Virus record (IMG/VR): IMGVR_UViG_3300020161_002395
Location: 100,711 to 164,710 of that record
DNA from: a virus
Lineage: Duplodnaviria; Caudoviricetes
Length of the DNA: 64,000 nt
Direction: 5' to 3' (one strand)
Position 1 is the first letter of the stretch. Every line of letters begins with the position of its first letter. The notes beneath the pieces are model-generated. The model was not told the origin of the DNA. It made no database searches and worked only from the letters and a program-made list of their open reading frames with translations. A program made the translations under genes and the position numbers. Shown here in pieces: positions 37,932-47,373 of this stretch.

Positions 37932-38740
37932 ACATGAGAATGGGAATGTGTGGGAGATATAAAGACCAGTATTTGAGATCATATTCTGAATTTATATTCG
38001 CTGTATATCTTGATACTGTTTTACAGGTATCTTTCGTCACAGAACCATTCTCATTACAATCAGCAATATCCACTAAACGTAAAATTCCTGATTTTTTATA
38101 TAAAGATACAAAGTATAATATATCTACTATTGTTGAAATTAAAGATACGGATGAAAAGTTAGAAGAAGTTATATTAGATTATGCGACTAATAGTTATAAG
38201 AATATTCAGGATTATAATATCAGATTTGTTAATTTGAATAAAAAAGCAAAAAAACATATGATAATTACTATTATAAACACTATTGGTATAAATAATTGGA
38301 ATGAAATGTCAACTTCCTATAAAAAAAATTCTAAATCAACGGAATTTTATGGGTTTCCAGGGGAATTAAATCCTCGATATGGAATAAAGTTGACCGACGA
38401 AATTAAAAATAAAATTAAGAAATCATTACCATCGAAGCACGGAATGAATAACCCACATTATGGAAAAACACATTCTACTGAAGCAAAGATTAAAATAGGT
38501 TCTAAATGGCAAAATGATGATAAAAAACATAGTATGCAAAGAAAAGGTATGATAACTCATATAAATTCATTTAACGATACACAATATCAGGAATTTGTGA
38601 AATATGCAGATTCGGTGTTATCTGGAATTCCAATCATTAAACCTTCATTTGTTAATAATGCATATGCTATCAGTATTAATAAAATTAATTTATTATTTGG
38701 TGATGCGGAACTATTTAAGGAAGAATTAATACGAAGATGA
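37928..38740 (+). CDS. Homing endonuclease, PD-(D/E)XK (TnsA-N-like) with NUMOD3
   Basis: 'RSYSE...EPF...IPDF...IVEIK' and 'NPHYGKTHSTEAKIKI'; ATGA overlaps at both ends. Confidence 0.75.
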   Translation: MNMRMGMCGRYKDQYLRSYSEFIFAVYLDTVLQVSFVTEPFSLQSAISTKRKIPDFLYKDTKYNISTIVEIKDTDEKLEEVILDYATNSYKNIQDYNIRFVNLNKKAKKHMIITIINTIGINNWNEMSTSYKKNSKSTEFYGFPGELNPRYGIKLTDEIKNKIKKSLPSKHGMNNPHYGKTHSTEAKIKIGSKWQNDDKKHSMQRKGMITHINSFNDTQYQEFVKYADSVLSGIPIIKPSFVNNAYAISINKINLLFGDAELFKEELIRR

Positions 38741-39384
38741 AAATTTTATTACAAGAAACTATCGCACCAAATATGACACAATGTGTTTTGGAATCAAAAG
38801 ATGAAAATAATTTTCATGGTACACCAGAAAAAACATTATATATGTCTGGCATTTGCATACAAGGTGCGATCCGCAACGCGAATCAACGTGTTTACCCAGT
38901 TAGTGAAATCACAAAAGCTGTTAAAACGTTAAATGATCAAATACAAAATGGATATTCAGTGTGCGGAGAAGTGGATCATCCAGATGATCTAAAAATAAAT
39001 TTGGACCGTGTATCACATATGATAACTAATATGTGGATGGATGGTCCAAATGGTTATGGCAAGCTTAAAATCTTGCCAACCCCTATGGGACAACTAATTA
39101 AAACAATGTTGGAAAGCGGAGTTAAATTAGGTGTCTCCTCTAGAGGTTCTGGAAACGTCAGTAGTGATGGATCCAATTCAGTATCAGATTTTGAGATTAT
39201 CACAGTAGATATGGTAGCTCAACCCAGTGCTCCAGGTGCTTACCCAACACCAATTTATGAACACCTAATGAATACAAGAGGTGGTTATAATGCCTTTCGC
39301 GTAGCGCAAGAGGTGAAAGGTGATTCACAGGCGCAAAAATATCTCAAAGAGAGCTTATTAGGCATAATAAGTAATCTCCAATAA
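38737..39384 (+). CDS. gp21: Prohead protease, T4 gp21-like
   Basis: 'NANQRVYP', 'GEVDHP', 'VSH', 'LGVSSRGSG', 'DMVAQPSAPGA'. Confidence 0.92.
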   Translation: MKILLQETIAPNMTQCVLESKDENNFHGTPEKTLYMSGICIQGAIRNANQRVYPVSEITKAVKTLNDQIQNGYSVCGEVDHPDDLKINLDRVSHMITNMWMDGPNGYGKLKILPTPMGQLIKTMLESGVKLGVSSRGSGNVSSDGSNSVSDFEIITVDMVAQPSAPGAYPTPIYEHLMNTRGGYNAFRVAQEVKGDSQAQKYLKESLLGIISNLQ

Positions 39385-39396
39385 TAGGAGAAACAC

Positions 39397-40485
39397 ATGT
39401 TAGATGCATTAAACAAATTATTTGAAAGCAATGTGATTTCTGGAGAGATTAAAGAGTCAATTGAACAAGCTTGGGACCGTAAAATTTTAGAAAACCGTGA
39501 ACAAGTAAGTCAACAACTAAGAGAAGAATTCGCTCAAAAATACGAACACGATAAAGCAACGATGGTTGAAGCAGTAGATCACATGATCTCTGACCAACTT
39601 CGTAGTGAAATTGGCGAGTTTGCTGATGATCGTAAGCAATTAGCAGAAATGAAAGTTAAATATGCTAAAAAAATCACTGAAAGTGCTAATGTTATGAAAA
39701 CATTCGTAACACGTCAATTAGCATCAGAAGTGAAAGAATTGCACGAAGATCAAATGCAAATGGCAGGTAAATTTGGTGTATTAGAAAACTTCATTGTTGA
39801 AGCTCTAGCTCAAGAAATTACAGAGTTCTACAAAGATAAACAAGATTTGGCCGAAACAAAAGTAAGATTACTTCGTGAAGGTCGTAAAGAAATCAAAAAA
39901 GTAAAAGAACAATTTGTTCAACGTGCTGCGGTAATGGTTGAAAGTGTTGTGAATAAAGGACTACGTTCTGAAATTACATCATTAAAAGAAGACATTGAAG
40001 CTGCTCGTCGTCAAGAGTTCGGTCGTAAGTTATTCGAGGCTTTTGCTGCTGAATATCAGACCAGTTACTTGAATGAGAATTCGGAAACTGCTAAATTACT
40101 CAAAGTCATAGACATGAAAGATCAAGCGATGCAAGAAGCAGCGAAAGCTGTATTATCTGCAGAGAAGATTTTAGAAAGTAAACAAGCAGAAATTCGTATG
40201 TTGAAGGAATCTCAACAAAGAAAAGAAATCATGAGTGAATTGTTAGCTCCATTAAATAAAGAGCAACGTTCAATTATGGGCGAATTAATGGAGAGCGTAA
40301 AAACCTCAAAATTAAATGAAAGTTTCGAAAAGTATCTACCAGCCGTTATAGCTGGCAAAGCTCCACAAAAGAGACAGGCACTAGTAGAGGCTAAAGAAAT
40401 AACTGGAAATAAAACTTCCACAATCACTCGTAGCAGCGAAGCGGAATCTAATATCATTGATATTCGCCGTTTAGCTGGGCTTTAA
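39397..40485 (+). CDS. gp22: Prohead scaffold/core protein, gp22-like
   Basis: Glu/Lys-rich coiled coil between protease and major capsid; AGGAG RBS. Confidence 0.78.
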   Translation: MLDALNKLFESNVISGEIKESIEQAWDRKILENREQVSQQLREEFAQKYEHDKATMVEAVDHMISDQLRSEIGEFADDRKQLAEMKVKYAKKITESANVMKTFVTRQLASEVKELHEDQMQMAGKFGVLENFIVEALAQEITEFYKDKQDLAETKVRLLREGRKEIKKVKEQFVQRAAVMVESVVNKGLRSEITSLKEDIEAARRQEFGRKLFEAFAAEYQTSYLNENSETAKLLKVIDMKDQAMQEAAKAVLSAEKILESKQAEIRMLKESQQRKEIMSELLAPLNKEQRSIMGELMESVKTSKLNESFEKYLPAVIAGKAPQKRQALVEAKEITGNKTSTITRSSEAESNIIDIRRLAGL

Positions 40486-40502
40486 ATTTAAGGAGAAATT
40501 AA

Positions 40503-41672
40503 ATGTCAGAATTACTTAATGGCCGTTGGGCAGAAACTAAAGAAGCCCTATTAGAAGGTCTACAAGGCACAAAAAAATCAGTAATGGGTGTTACTTTAGA
40601 AAACACTCGTAAATATTTGGTGGAATCACCAACCGCTGGCGCGACATCAGCAGGTAACGTTGCAACTTTAAACCGTGTAATTTTACCAGTTATTCGTCGT
40701 GTTATGCCAACCGTTATTGCTAACGAATTGGTAGGTGTACAACCATTAACCGGTCCTGTTGGACAAATTCATACTTTACGTGTACGTTACTCAGATACAT
40801 CATCAGCAGCTGGTGTGGTAGCTGGTGAAGAAGCGTTAAGCCCATTCAAAATTGCGGAAGCATATTCTGGTAATACAGCATCTGGTAAAGCAGCTTCTAC
40901 AGCTACTTTGGAAGGACAAGCTGGTAACAGAATGAGCATCCAAATCTTGAAACAAACTGTTGAAGCGAAAACTCGTAAATTGAGTGCTCGTTGGACATTT
41001 GAAGCGGCTCAAGACGCTCAAGCTCAACAAGGTATTGATGTTGAAGCAGAAATTATGGCTGCTTTAGCACAGGAAATCACAGCTGAAATTGATCAAGAAA
41101 TCTTAGCTTCATTAAGTTCATTGGCTGGTGCAGCTACTCAAACTTATGACCAAGCACAAGTTTCTGGTACAGCTACTTTCGTTGGTGATGAACACGCTGC
41201 GTTGGCTATCCAAATCAACCGTGTTTCTAACTTAATTGCACAACGTACTCGTCGTGGCGCTGGTAACTGGGCAGTTGTATCTCCATTTGCATTAACTATC
41301 TTGCAATCTGCTACAACTTCAGCTTTTGCTCGTACTACTGAAGGTACTTTTGAAGCTCCAACTAACACAAAATTCGTTGGTACTTTAAACAATGCATTGA
41401 AAGTTTATGTAAACAGCTATGCAAACGACAGCACACCAATCTTAGTTGGTTATAAAGGCGGTTCAGAATCAGACGCAGCAGCGTTCTACTGTCCATATAT
41501 CCCATTAATGAGTTCTGGTGTTGTTCTTGACCCATCAACATTTGAACCAACCGTTTCATTTATGACGAGATATGGCTACGTGGAGCTCAGCAACACTGCC
41601 AGCAGCCTTGGGAATGCCGCCGATTACTTAGGTAAAGTTGCTATCACTGACGGAAACGTTAAATTTAGCTAA
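40503..41672 (+). CDS. gp23: Major capsid protein, gp23-like
   Basis: 'LVGVQPLTGPVGQI', 'VEAKTRKLSARWTFEAAQD', 'EITAEIDQEI', 'FYCPYIPL', 'TRYG'. Confidence 0.95.
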   Translation: MSELLNGRWAETKEALLEGLQGTKKSVMGVTLENTRKYLVESPTAGATSAGNVATLNRVILPVIRRVMPTVIANELVGVQPLTGPVGQIHTLRVRYSDTSSAAGVVAGEEALSPFKIAEAYSGNTASGKAASTATLEGQAGNRMSIQILKQTVEAKTRKLSARWTFEAAQDAQAQQGIDVEAEIMAALAQEITAEIDQEILASLSSLAGAATQTYDQAQVSGTATFVGDEHAALAIQINRVSNLIAQRTRRGAGNWAVVSPFALTILQSATTSAFARTTEGTFEAPTNTKFVGTLNNALKVYVNSYANDSTPILVGYKGGSESDAAAFYCPYIPLMSSGVVLDPSTFEPTVSFMTRYGYVELSNTASSLGNAADYLGKVAITDGNVKFS

Positions 41673-41696
41673 TTTATACTTAGGTATGACTTATAT

Positions 41697-41724
41697 AAAA
41701 GGGCTCTTCGGAGCCCTTTTTTTA
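41697..41724 (+). terminator. Rho-independent terminator
   Basis: AAAAGGGCTC-TTCG-GAGCCCTTTT followed by a T run. Confidence 0.9.
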
Positions 41725-41834
41725 TATCTTAGCGTTTAAGGATAAATACTTACAGTCATAATATATCTGACTAATCGTTGGATTTATGCTGAAATCCCTC
41801 AGCGTATGGCCTAGAACGTCAAGGAGACAAACAA

Positions 41835-42806
41835 ATGGGAAGACCTCTTAATAAAAAATATTTCGGAAACCGTAACATCGGTTCATTAAGTACAACAGCT
41901 GATAATGGAATCGGCGGCACCGGCGTAGCTAGTGTGACATTAAACCCTGCAAGTTTGGGTGCATATACAACTCGTCCTTCAACAACATTTAGTGATCCAG
42001 ATTTATTAGCAGAAGGTGGTGTCCGTGCTACTGGTAGTGTTACTTCACAAGTTAATATTATAACTACTTTTGGTGGTACTATGAGCAATTATACAACCGG
42101 TGACATCGTTACTATTGGTAATGGTACACTTTTTACTGTTACAGCCCCGGCTGGTACAATTACTGGTGCAACTATTACTGAACGTGGTACATACTTATAT
42201 GCTGATGGTGCTCTACCAACAGGTGCTCAAACTGTAACTAATGTTACAGTTACAAATCCAGCAGCAACTGGTGCAACTTTCACTGTTAATTATAATGCTA
42301 AAGAAGTTTTAATTACAAATCAAGGTTCTGGCTATTCACATGCAACCGATGCAACTGTAGCATTTTCTCAATCAGTGGCAGCATCATCAGTTAACATGTT
42401 AGTAGATTCTGGTATTGTTGGAACACCTGGTAATCAAGAAAATGCAATTAGTATGACCGCTCAGTTAGCTGGTGGTACTGCAGTAATAGTTGATATTATT
42501 AAACAAGTGTCAGGTCGTAGATACAAAGTTACTGATGGAACCCGTACTGGTATTGTTAAATTACAAGACTCTGCAGTTTCTGGTGATGGCCAAGCAACCA
42601 TAATTGCAACTGATGCATCTAGTGCTACTTATTATGTCACAAAATTGACTGCACATAAAGCTACATTAACAAGAATTAGTGGTACTTATGAATTTGCATC
42701 TGGAGCAGCAATCGCTTGGACTATGAATGGATCTAGTGGCACGAAAGCATACCCTGCTCAACCATACTTAGCGACCGGTGTAAACGTTCAAATCGCAAAT
42801 ACTTAA
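41835..42806 (+). CDS. Virion structural protein (beta-rich, possible head decoration)
   Basis: Thr/Gly/Ala-rich; follows the MCP; has its own ATAAATAC core (~41742) and an AAGGAG RBS. Confidence 0.65.
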   Translation: MGRPLNKKYFGNRNIGSLSTTADNGIGGTGVASVTLNPASLGAYTTRPSTTFSDPDLLAEGGVRATGSVTSQVNIITTFGGTMSNYTTGDIVTIGNGTLFTVTAPAGTITGATITERGTYLYADGALPTGAQTVTNVTVTNPAATGATFTVNYNAKEVLITNQGSGYSHATDATVAFSQSVAASSVNMLVDSGIVGTPGNQENAISMTAQLAGGTAVIVDIIKQVSGRRYKVTDGTRTGIVKLQDSAVSGDGQATIIATDASSATYYVTKLTAHKATLTRISGTYEFASGAAIAWTMNGSSGTKAYPAQPYLATGVNVQIANT

Positions 42807-42825
42807 TTACAAAAAACAAAAACTT

Positions 42826-42847
42826 GGAGGGTATATTGCCCTCCTTT
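42826..42847 (+). terminator. Weak terminator/hairpin
   Basis: GGAGGGTA-TAT-TGCCCTCC-TTT. Confidence 0.5.
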
Positions 42848-42861
42848 AAAAGGATTTATGA

Positions 42862-45800
42862 ATGTCAAGAATATTAAAAGTTAGTCAAAGTGATTACAGA
42901 TTACAAGTACAATCTGGTGGATCGATTACCTTAGATACAGGATCGAATGCTGGTACAGTTGTTATTACTGGGAATCTTGACGTTAAAGGTACTACAACAA
43001 CTGTAGAATCATCTACCACTACCGTAAAAGATAATATTTTACAATTAAACTATGGACAAACTGGTAACGGTATCAGTAGTACACTTGGATATCAAGCTGG
43101 TATTCAAATTGGTCGTGGAAATTATTCAGATGCTAAATTGGTATTTGATGAATCTTTACAATTTTATGATTCACAAACTGATGATATTTTAACTGGTGGA
43201 TTTAGTTTTAAGACAGACAACGGACAACTAGTTGGCATACGAACTAATTCTATCACTACTGGTGGATTTGATTTAAACCTATTAGGTAATGGAATCCATA
43301 CGGTATCCGTTAAAGGTACATCCGACTATGAACAACATGTGTTAGATTATTCAGCATGGCTTACTTCAAAAGGACCTATACCACATAGCGGTCCAATAAC
43401 ATTAAATGAAGATCCAGATGGTCTTATTAATGCACAAGCATTGGTTGATTATGTTGATTCCGCCTTTTATTATTATGGGCCACATTTTATCAAAGAGGGT
43501 GATACCAAAGTACAAACTTATGATAGCTCTGATGGTAACAGTCCAAGTAGAATAACATTTGACGTTGATGGATATGAATATGGTAGATTTACATCATCTG
43601 GATTTAATGTTGGAAATGTTAATATAAATGGTAGTACTATAAAAACTACTAATTCTAATAGTAATTTATCAATATCAGCTGATGGAACTGGTGTAATCAA
43701 TTTATTAAATAAAACTAATATAAAAAATGATTTGCATGTTTATGGTGTTCCATATGGTACAGCGCCTATTGTAACTAATGTAATTTACGTTACGATGGAT
43801 GGTTCTGACACTAATGACGGATCTGCACAAGATTCTACTAGAGCATGTAGAACAATTGGTGGTGCAATGCAATCACCCTTATATAATGCTGGTACATCCA
43901 TTAAAGTATCTCCAGGTCATTATTTAGAAAACAATCCTTTATTAGTTAAACCATATACATCTATTATTGGTAGTGATTTAAGAACCACATCAGTAGAACC
44001 AATCAACAAAACACAGGATTTATTTCATGTTCAAAGTTCATGTTATCTTGCTCAAATGCAATTTATTAATGGAAGAAGTGGGATAGTAAATCCTAATTAT
44101 GATCGTGGAGCATATGCAGTATCATTTCCAACTGGTGATAGAATTGATTTGTATAAATCCCCATATATTCAGAACTGTACCAATCAATCAGGACCATGGT
44201 TGTATGATGGGGCAATGTTTGTACCAAATCAAACGGTACAAATCCCATTAGCAGTTGCGACTACCTCATTTGATAATAATCAAACAACTATAACTGTGAC
44301 ATTTACCGAAGGATTAGCAGAATTAACCGCTGCAATTGCTGAAAATCCTGATATTGCAATTAATACAGCTCCACAAGATCAAGGATTCTTTTCTGCTAGA
44401 ACATTGGTATTAGCAAACGAGGAATTTATTAAAGAGCAAGCTGTTGCATATATTGATCAAACATATCCAACATTAGATTATCAACGTGAAGAATTTAGAA
44501 GGGATGTTGGATATATATTAGAAAATGTATTATTTGATGCAACATTTGGTGGGAATTCAAAATCAGTTGAAGCAGGTGAATTCTTTTGGCTGGGTTCTAC
44601 TAGTAAAATTAGTGGAATAAAAACTCAATTTAATGCAGGATTGGAATATATTATATCATTAATTACTTCTATTATCAGCAATAACGCAATAAATGTAGAC
44701 AGATTAAGTACTACCGGTACTACTACAATAAATTCTAATATAATTACAAATATTTCATCATCTGCTATAAAACAAATTGTTGTTGGAAAATTAATAACTG
44801 GTACTAATATACCAACTGATACGTTTGTTGAATATATTGATAATGAAAACTATACAATTACAATATCAAACAATGCCACTGCTAGTGGCAGTACTACATT
44901 TACAACTAGTTATCAGACATTTAATAGTAATTTAACTAATGGTAACATAGCATTAGCGGCATTAACACGCAATATTCAATTAATTGAATCTATTATTACA
45001 TCTAAAAATAATATACCAGAAGTTTTTTATAGTACTGGTACAGAAATAGGATTAGTCAGTGCAGAAATATTGTTGCAAAAAAATAGATTATTCATACAAA
45101 AAGAAATAACTGCATATATCGCTGCAACATATCCACAATTTACCTATAATATTTCTACTTGTGAAAGGGATATTGGTTTAATTGTTGATGCACTAACACA
45201 AGATATTCTATTAGGTGGTAATGCAAATTGTATTAATGCTGGATTATCATATTATGAAGCATCTGATTTATTAATTGTTGGTGAAGTGCTAGAAACACGT
45301 AGTGCGCTTGATAGAGTAATTACAATTTCTAAATTAATTGTACAAAATCAAACAGTTTCTAAAACTAGCGGAAACTTACAAACACAATATACAAATACTA
45401 ATTTTGAACGTGGTGTTATTACAGCAAACGAGCCATCAATCATTACTAGAAATATAGAAATAATAAAAGCCATTATTACAAATGGGCCAACAGCACAGCC
45501 TATAAAATATAGTGGTAGTGGGTTGTTTTCTGCAACTGGGATAAGTGCGGATGATGTAAAACAATCAACAAGAGTATTAACTCTTACACAAATAACTGGA
45601 AATACATATTCTGTTGTTTTAAATACACCAACAGTTGGGATTGGTACAAATTCCACTCTATACTTTGGATATACGTCTGTTTACCCAGTTGTTGAATCTA
45701 CCATACCTTCTCCAAGATGGGATAATAGAAAAGTAGATCCATATGGGTCAATGGGTGGAATGTTAGTCGATGGAAATCAAATTACTGATATTTCACCAAT

Positions 45801-47361
45801 CAAATCATGTGTTGCTGATGCATTTACTCAGGTTAATCAAGGTGGTAGAGGTGTTCGTGTCACTAATAATGGATATTCACAACTTGTATCAGTATTTACA
45901 TTGTTCAGTTCAATTGCAATTCAATGTGATAACGGTGGAATTGCATCTATAACAAATGCTAACGCCAACTTTGGTGATTATTGTATGGTTGCGAAAGGAT
46001 ACGGAAAACGAGAATTTAAAGGAACTGTTTATAATCCACCTGACTTGCCATTGTTTCCACAAGGAAGATTCCCAACGAGAAATGTTATTGAAATATTTGT
46101 TCCAGATTTAGAGCAAAGACCACATATATCTTTGATTATGGAAGTAGAACCACCTGATAACTATGTTAATAATTTAGGTACTTCTGGATTTATAACATCA
46201 ACCTCAACAATATCTACAATAATATCTGGTTCATTAACCATTAATGATATTGATGTTTCAAATATGTTTATAGGACAGAAAATATACTTACGAGATCAAT
46301 TCGGTAGTTTTTCTGACCAAATTTCTGGTACTAATTATATTGAAGATGGTACTACAATTGTTGATATAGGTCCTAGAACGTTATATTTAAGTGTTCCAAT
46401 TAAAATTGGTGGCGGTGATGTAAATAATCCAAATTATTTTAATTTATATACAGTTGGAAATGCATATTATACTATATTATCTAGTACAATAGCACCAAGA
46501 CCAAATTCAGATACTCTTTCTGAAAATGCATTAATATTACCTGCTGAACAAAAAACTCCACATTTGGCTGCATTAGAAAAACTGAAAACTCTGTTACAAG
46601 ACATTGTACAGAATAATACTATTACTAGATTGCAAACTACTATTGCTCAATATAAATCTACTGTTAATAGTAATTCTACCACGGCTACTAGGATAGGTAC
46701 ATTGGTTAATATTGTTAAAACAATTGTTGATAATGGTGTATCGTCTGCTCCTGATATTGTAAAAATTGGATCAGTAACTGATTCTGATGGTAATGCAAGA
46801 TCATTAATTTTAAAAAATATAGATTTTCTGGTGGCAGAAATAAAAGCATTTATGGATATTAATTATACATTTACATATGATATAAATTTATGTAAACGAG
46901 ATGTTGAATTAATAAGCAAATGTATAGCTGATGATTTATTGAGCGGTGGAAATTACAATTCCGTTAATTCTGGATTATCATATTTTTCACGCACGGGAAC
47001 ACATCACTATGTCACAATAGAAGAAAGTACATATGATTATAGTTTATTTAAACACGGTGCATTAGTTAATTTCTATCAAAGAAGTTATATGTCAGCATCT
47101 GGGTACTTGTTTGAATATGTTGGTTCAGGTTCTAATTATGGTGCATTACCGCAGGTAGGACGATTTGACCCAATACAAAATAGAGAAGTGAATATGCTAG
47201 ATGGTGGTAAAGTTTTCTTTACCTCTACTGATCAAAATGGTGATTTTAGAATCGGATCAGGACTAGTAATTAGTCAAGCAACTGGGGTTTTAAGCGGTAG
47301 AACGTTCCAGAAGAGCTTATTCGCGGAAATGACACCGTTTATACTTGCAATTGAAGGTTAA
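42862..47361 (+). CDS. Large fibre/appendage protein with pectin-lyase-like domain and three helical (C/F)xRD repeats
   Basis: 'IYVTMDGSDTNDG...TIGGA...PGHYLENNPL...IIGSDLR' beta-helix cap; repeats RRDVG, CERDIG, CKRDVE. Confidence 0.65.
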   Translation: MSRILKVSQSDYRLQVQSGGSITLDTGSNAGTVVITGNLDVKGTTTTVESSTTTVKDNILQLNYGQTGNGISSTLGYQAGIQIGRGNYSDAKLVFDESLQFYDSQTDDILTGGFSFKTDNGQLVGIRTNSITTGGFDLNLLGNGIHTVSVKGTSDYEQHVLDYSAWLTSKGPIPHSGPITLNEDPDGLINAQALVDYVDSAFYYYGPHFIKEGDTKVQTYDSSDGNSPSRITFDVDGYEYGRFTSSGFNVGNVNINGSTIKTTNSNSNLSISADGTGVINLLNKTNIKNDLHVYGVPYGTAPIVTNVIYVTMDGSDTNDGSAQDSTRACRTIGGAMQSPLYNAGTSIKVSPGHYLENNPLLVKPYTSIIGSDLRTTSVEPINKTQDLFHVQSSCYLAQMQFINGRSGIVNPNYDRGAYAVSFPTGDRIDLYKSPYIQNCTNQSGPWLYDGAMFVPNQTVQIPLAVATTSFDNNQTTITVTFTEGLAELTAAIAENPDIAINTAPQDQGFFSARTLVLANEEFIKEQAVAYIDQTYPTLDYQREEFRRDVGYILENVLFDATFGGNSKSVEAGEFFWLGSTSKISGIKTQFNAGLEYIISLITSIISNNAINVDRLSTTGTTTINSNIITNISSSAIKQIVVGKLITGTNIPTDTFVEYIDNENYTITISNNATASGSTTFTTSYQTFNSNLTNGNIALAALTRNIQLIESIITSKNNIPEVFYSTGTEIGLVSAEILLQKNRLFIQKEITAYIAATYPQFTYNISTCERDIGLIVDALTQDILLGGNANCINAGLSYYEASDLLIVGEVLETRSALDRVITISKLIVQNQTVSKTSGNLQTQYTNTNFERGVITANEPSIITRNIEIIKAIITNGPTAQPIKYSGSGLFSATGISADDVKQSTRVLTLTQITGNTYSVVLNTPTVGIGTNSTLYFGYTSVYPVVESTIPSPRWDNRKVDPYGSMGGMLVDGNQITDISPIKSCVADAFTQVNQGGRGVRVTNNGYSQLVSVFTLFSSIAIQCDNGGIASITNANANFGDYCMVAKGYGKREFKGTVYNPPDLPLFPQGRFPTRNVIEIFVPDLEQRPHISLIMEVEPPDNYVNNLGTSGFITSTSTISTIISGSLTINDIDVSNMFIGQKIYLRDQFGSFSDQISGTNYIEDGTTIVDIGPRTLYLSVPIKIGGGDVNNPNYFNLYTVGNAYYTILSSTIAPRPNSDTLSENALILPAEQKTPHLAALEKLKTLLQDIVQNNTITRLQTTIAQYKSTVNSNSTTATRIGTLVNIVKTIVDNGVSSAPDIVKIGSVTDSDGNARSLILKNIDFLVAEIKAFMDINYTFTYDINLCKRDVELISKCIADDLLSGGNYNSVNSGLSYFSRTGTHHYVTIEESTYDYSLFKHGALVNFYQRSYMSASGYLFEYVGSGSNYGALPQVGRFDPIQNREVNMLDGGKVFFTSTDQNGDFRIGSGLVISQATGVLSGRTFQKSLFAEMTPFILAIEG

Positions 47362-47373
47362 GAGGATTTATTC

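Noticed and set aside
37929-38970. Group I intron in the protease gene
   Set aside because: The insert is entirely occupied by overlapping ORFs, no P7-like core is seen, and a complete protease ORF exists without splicing.
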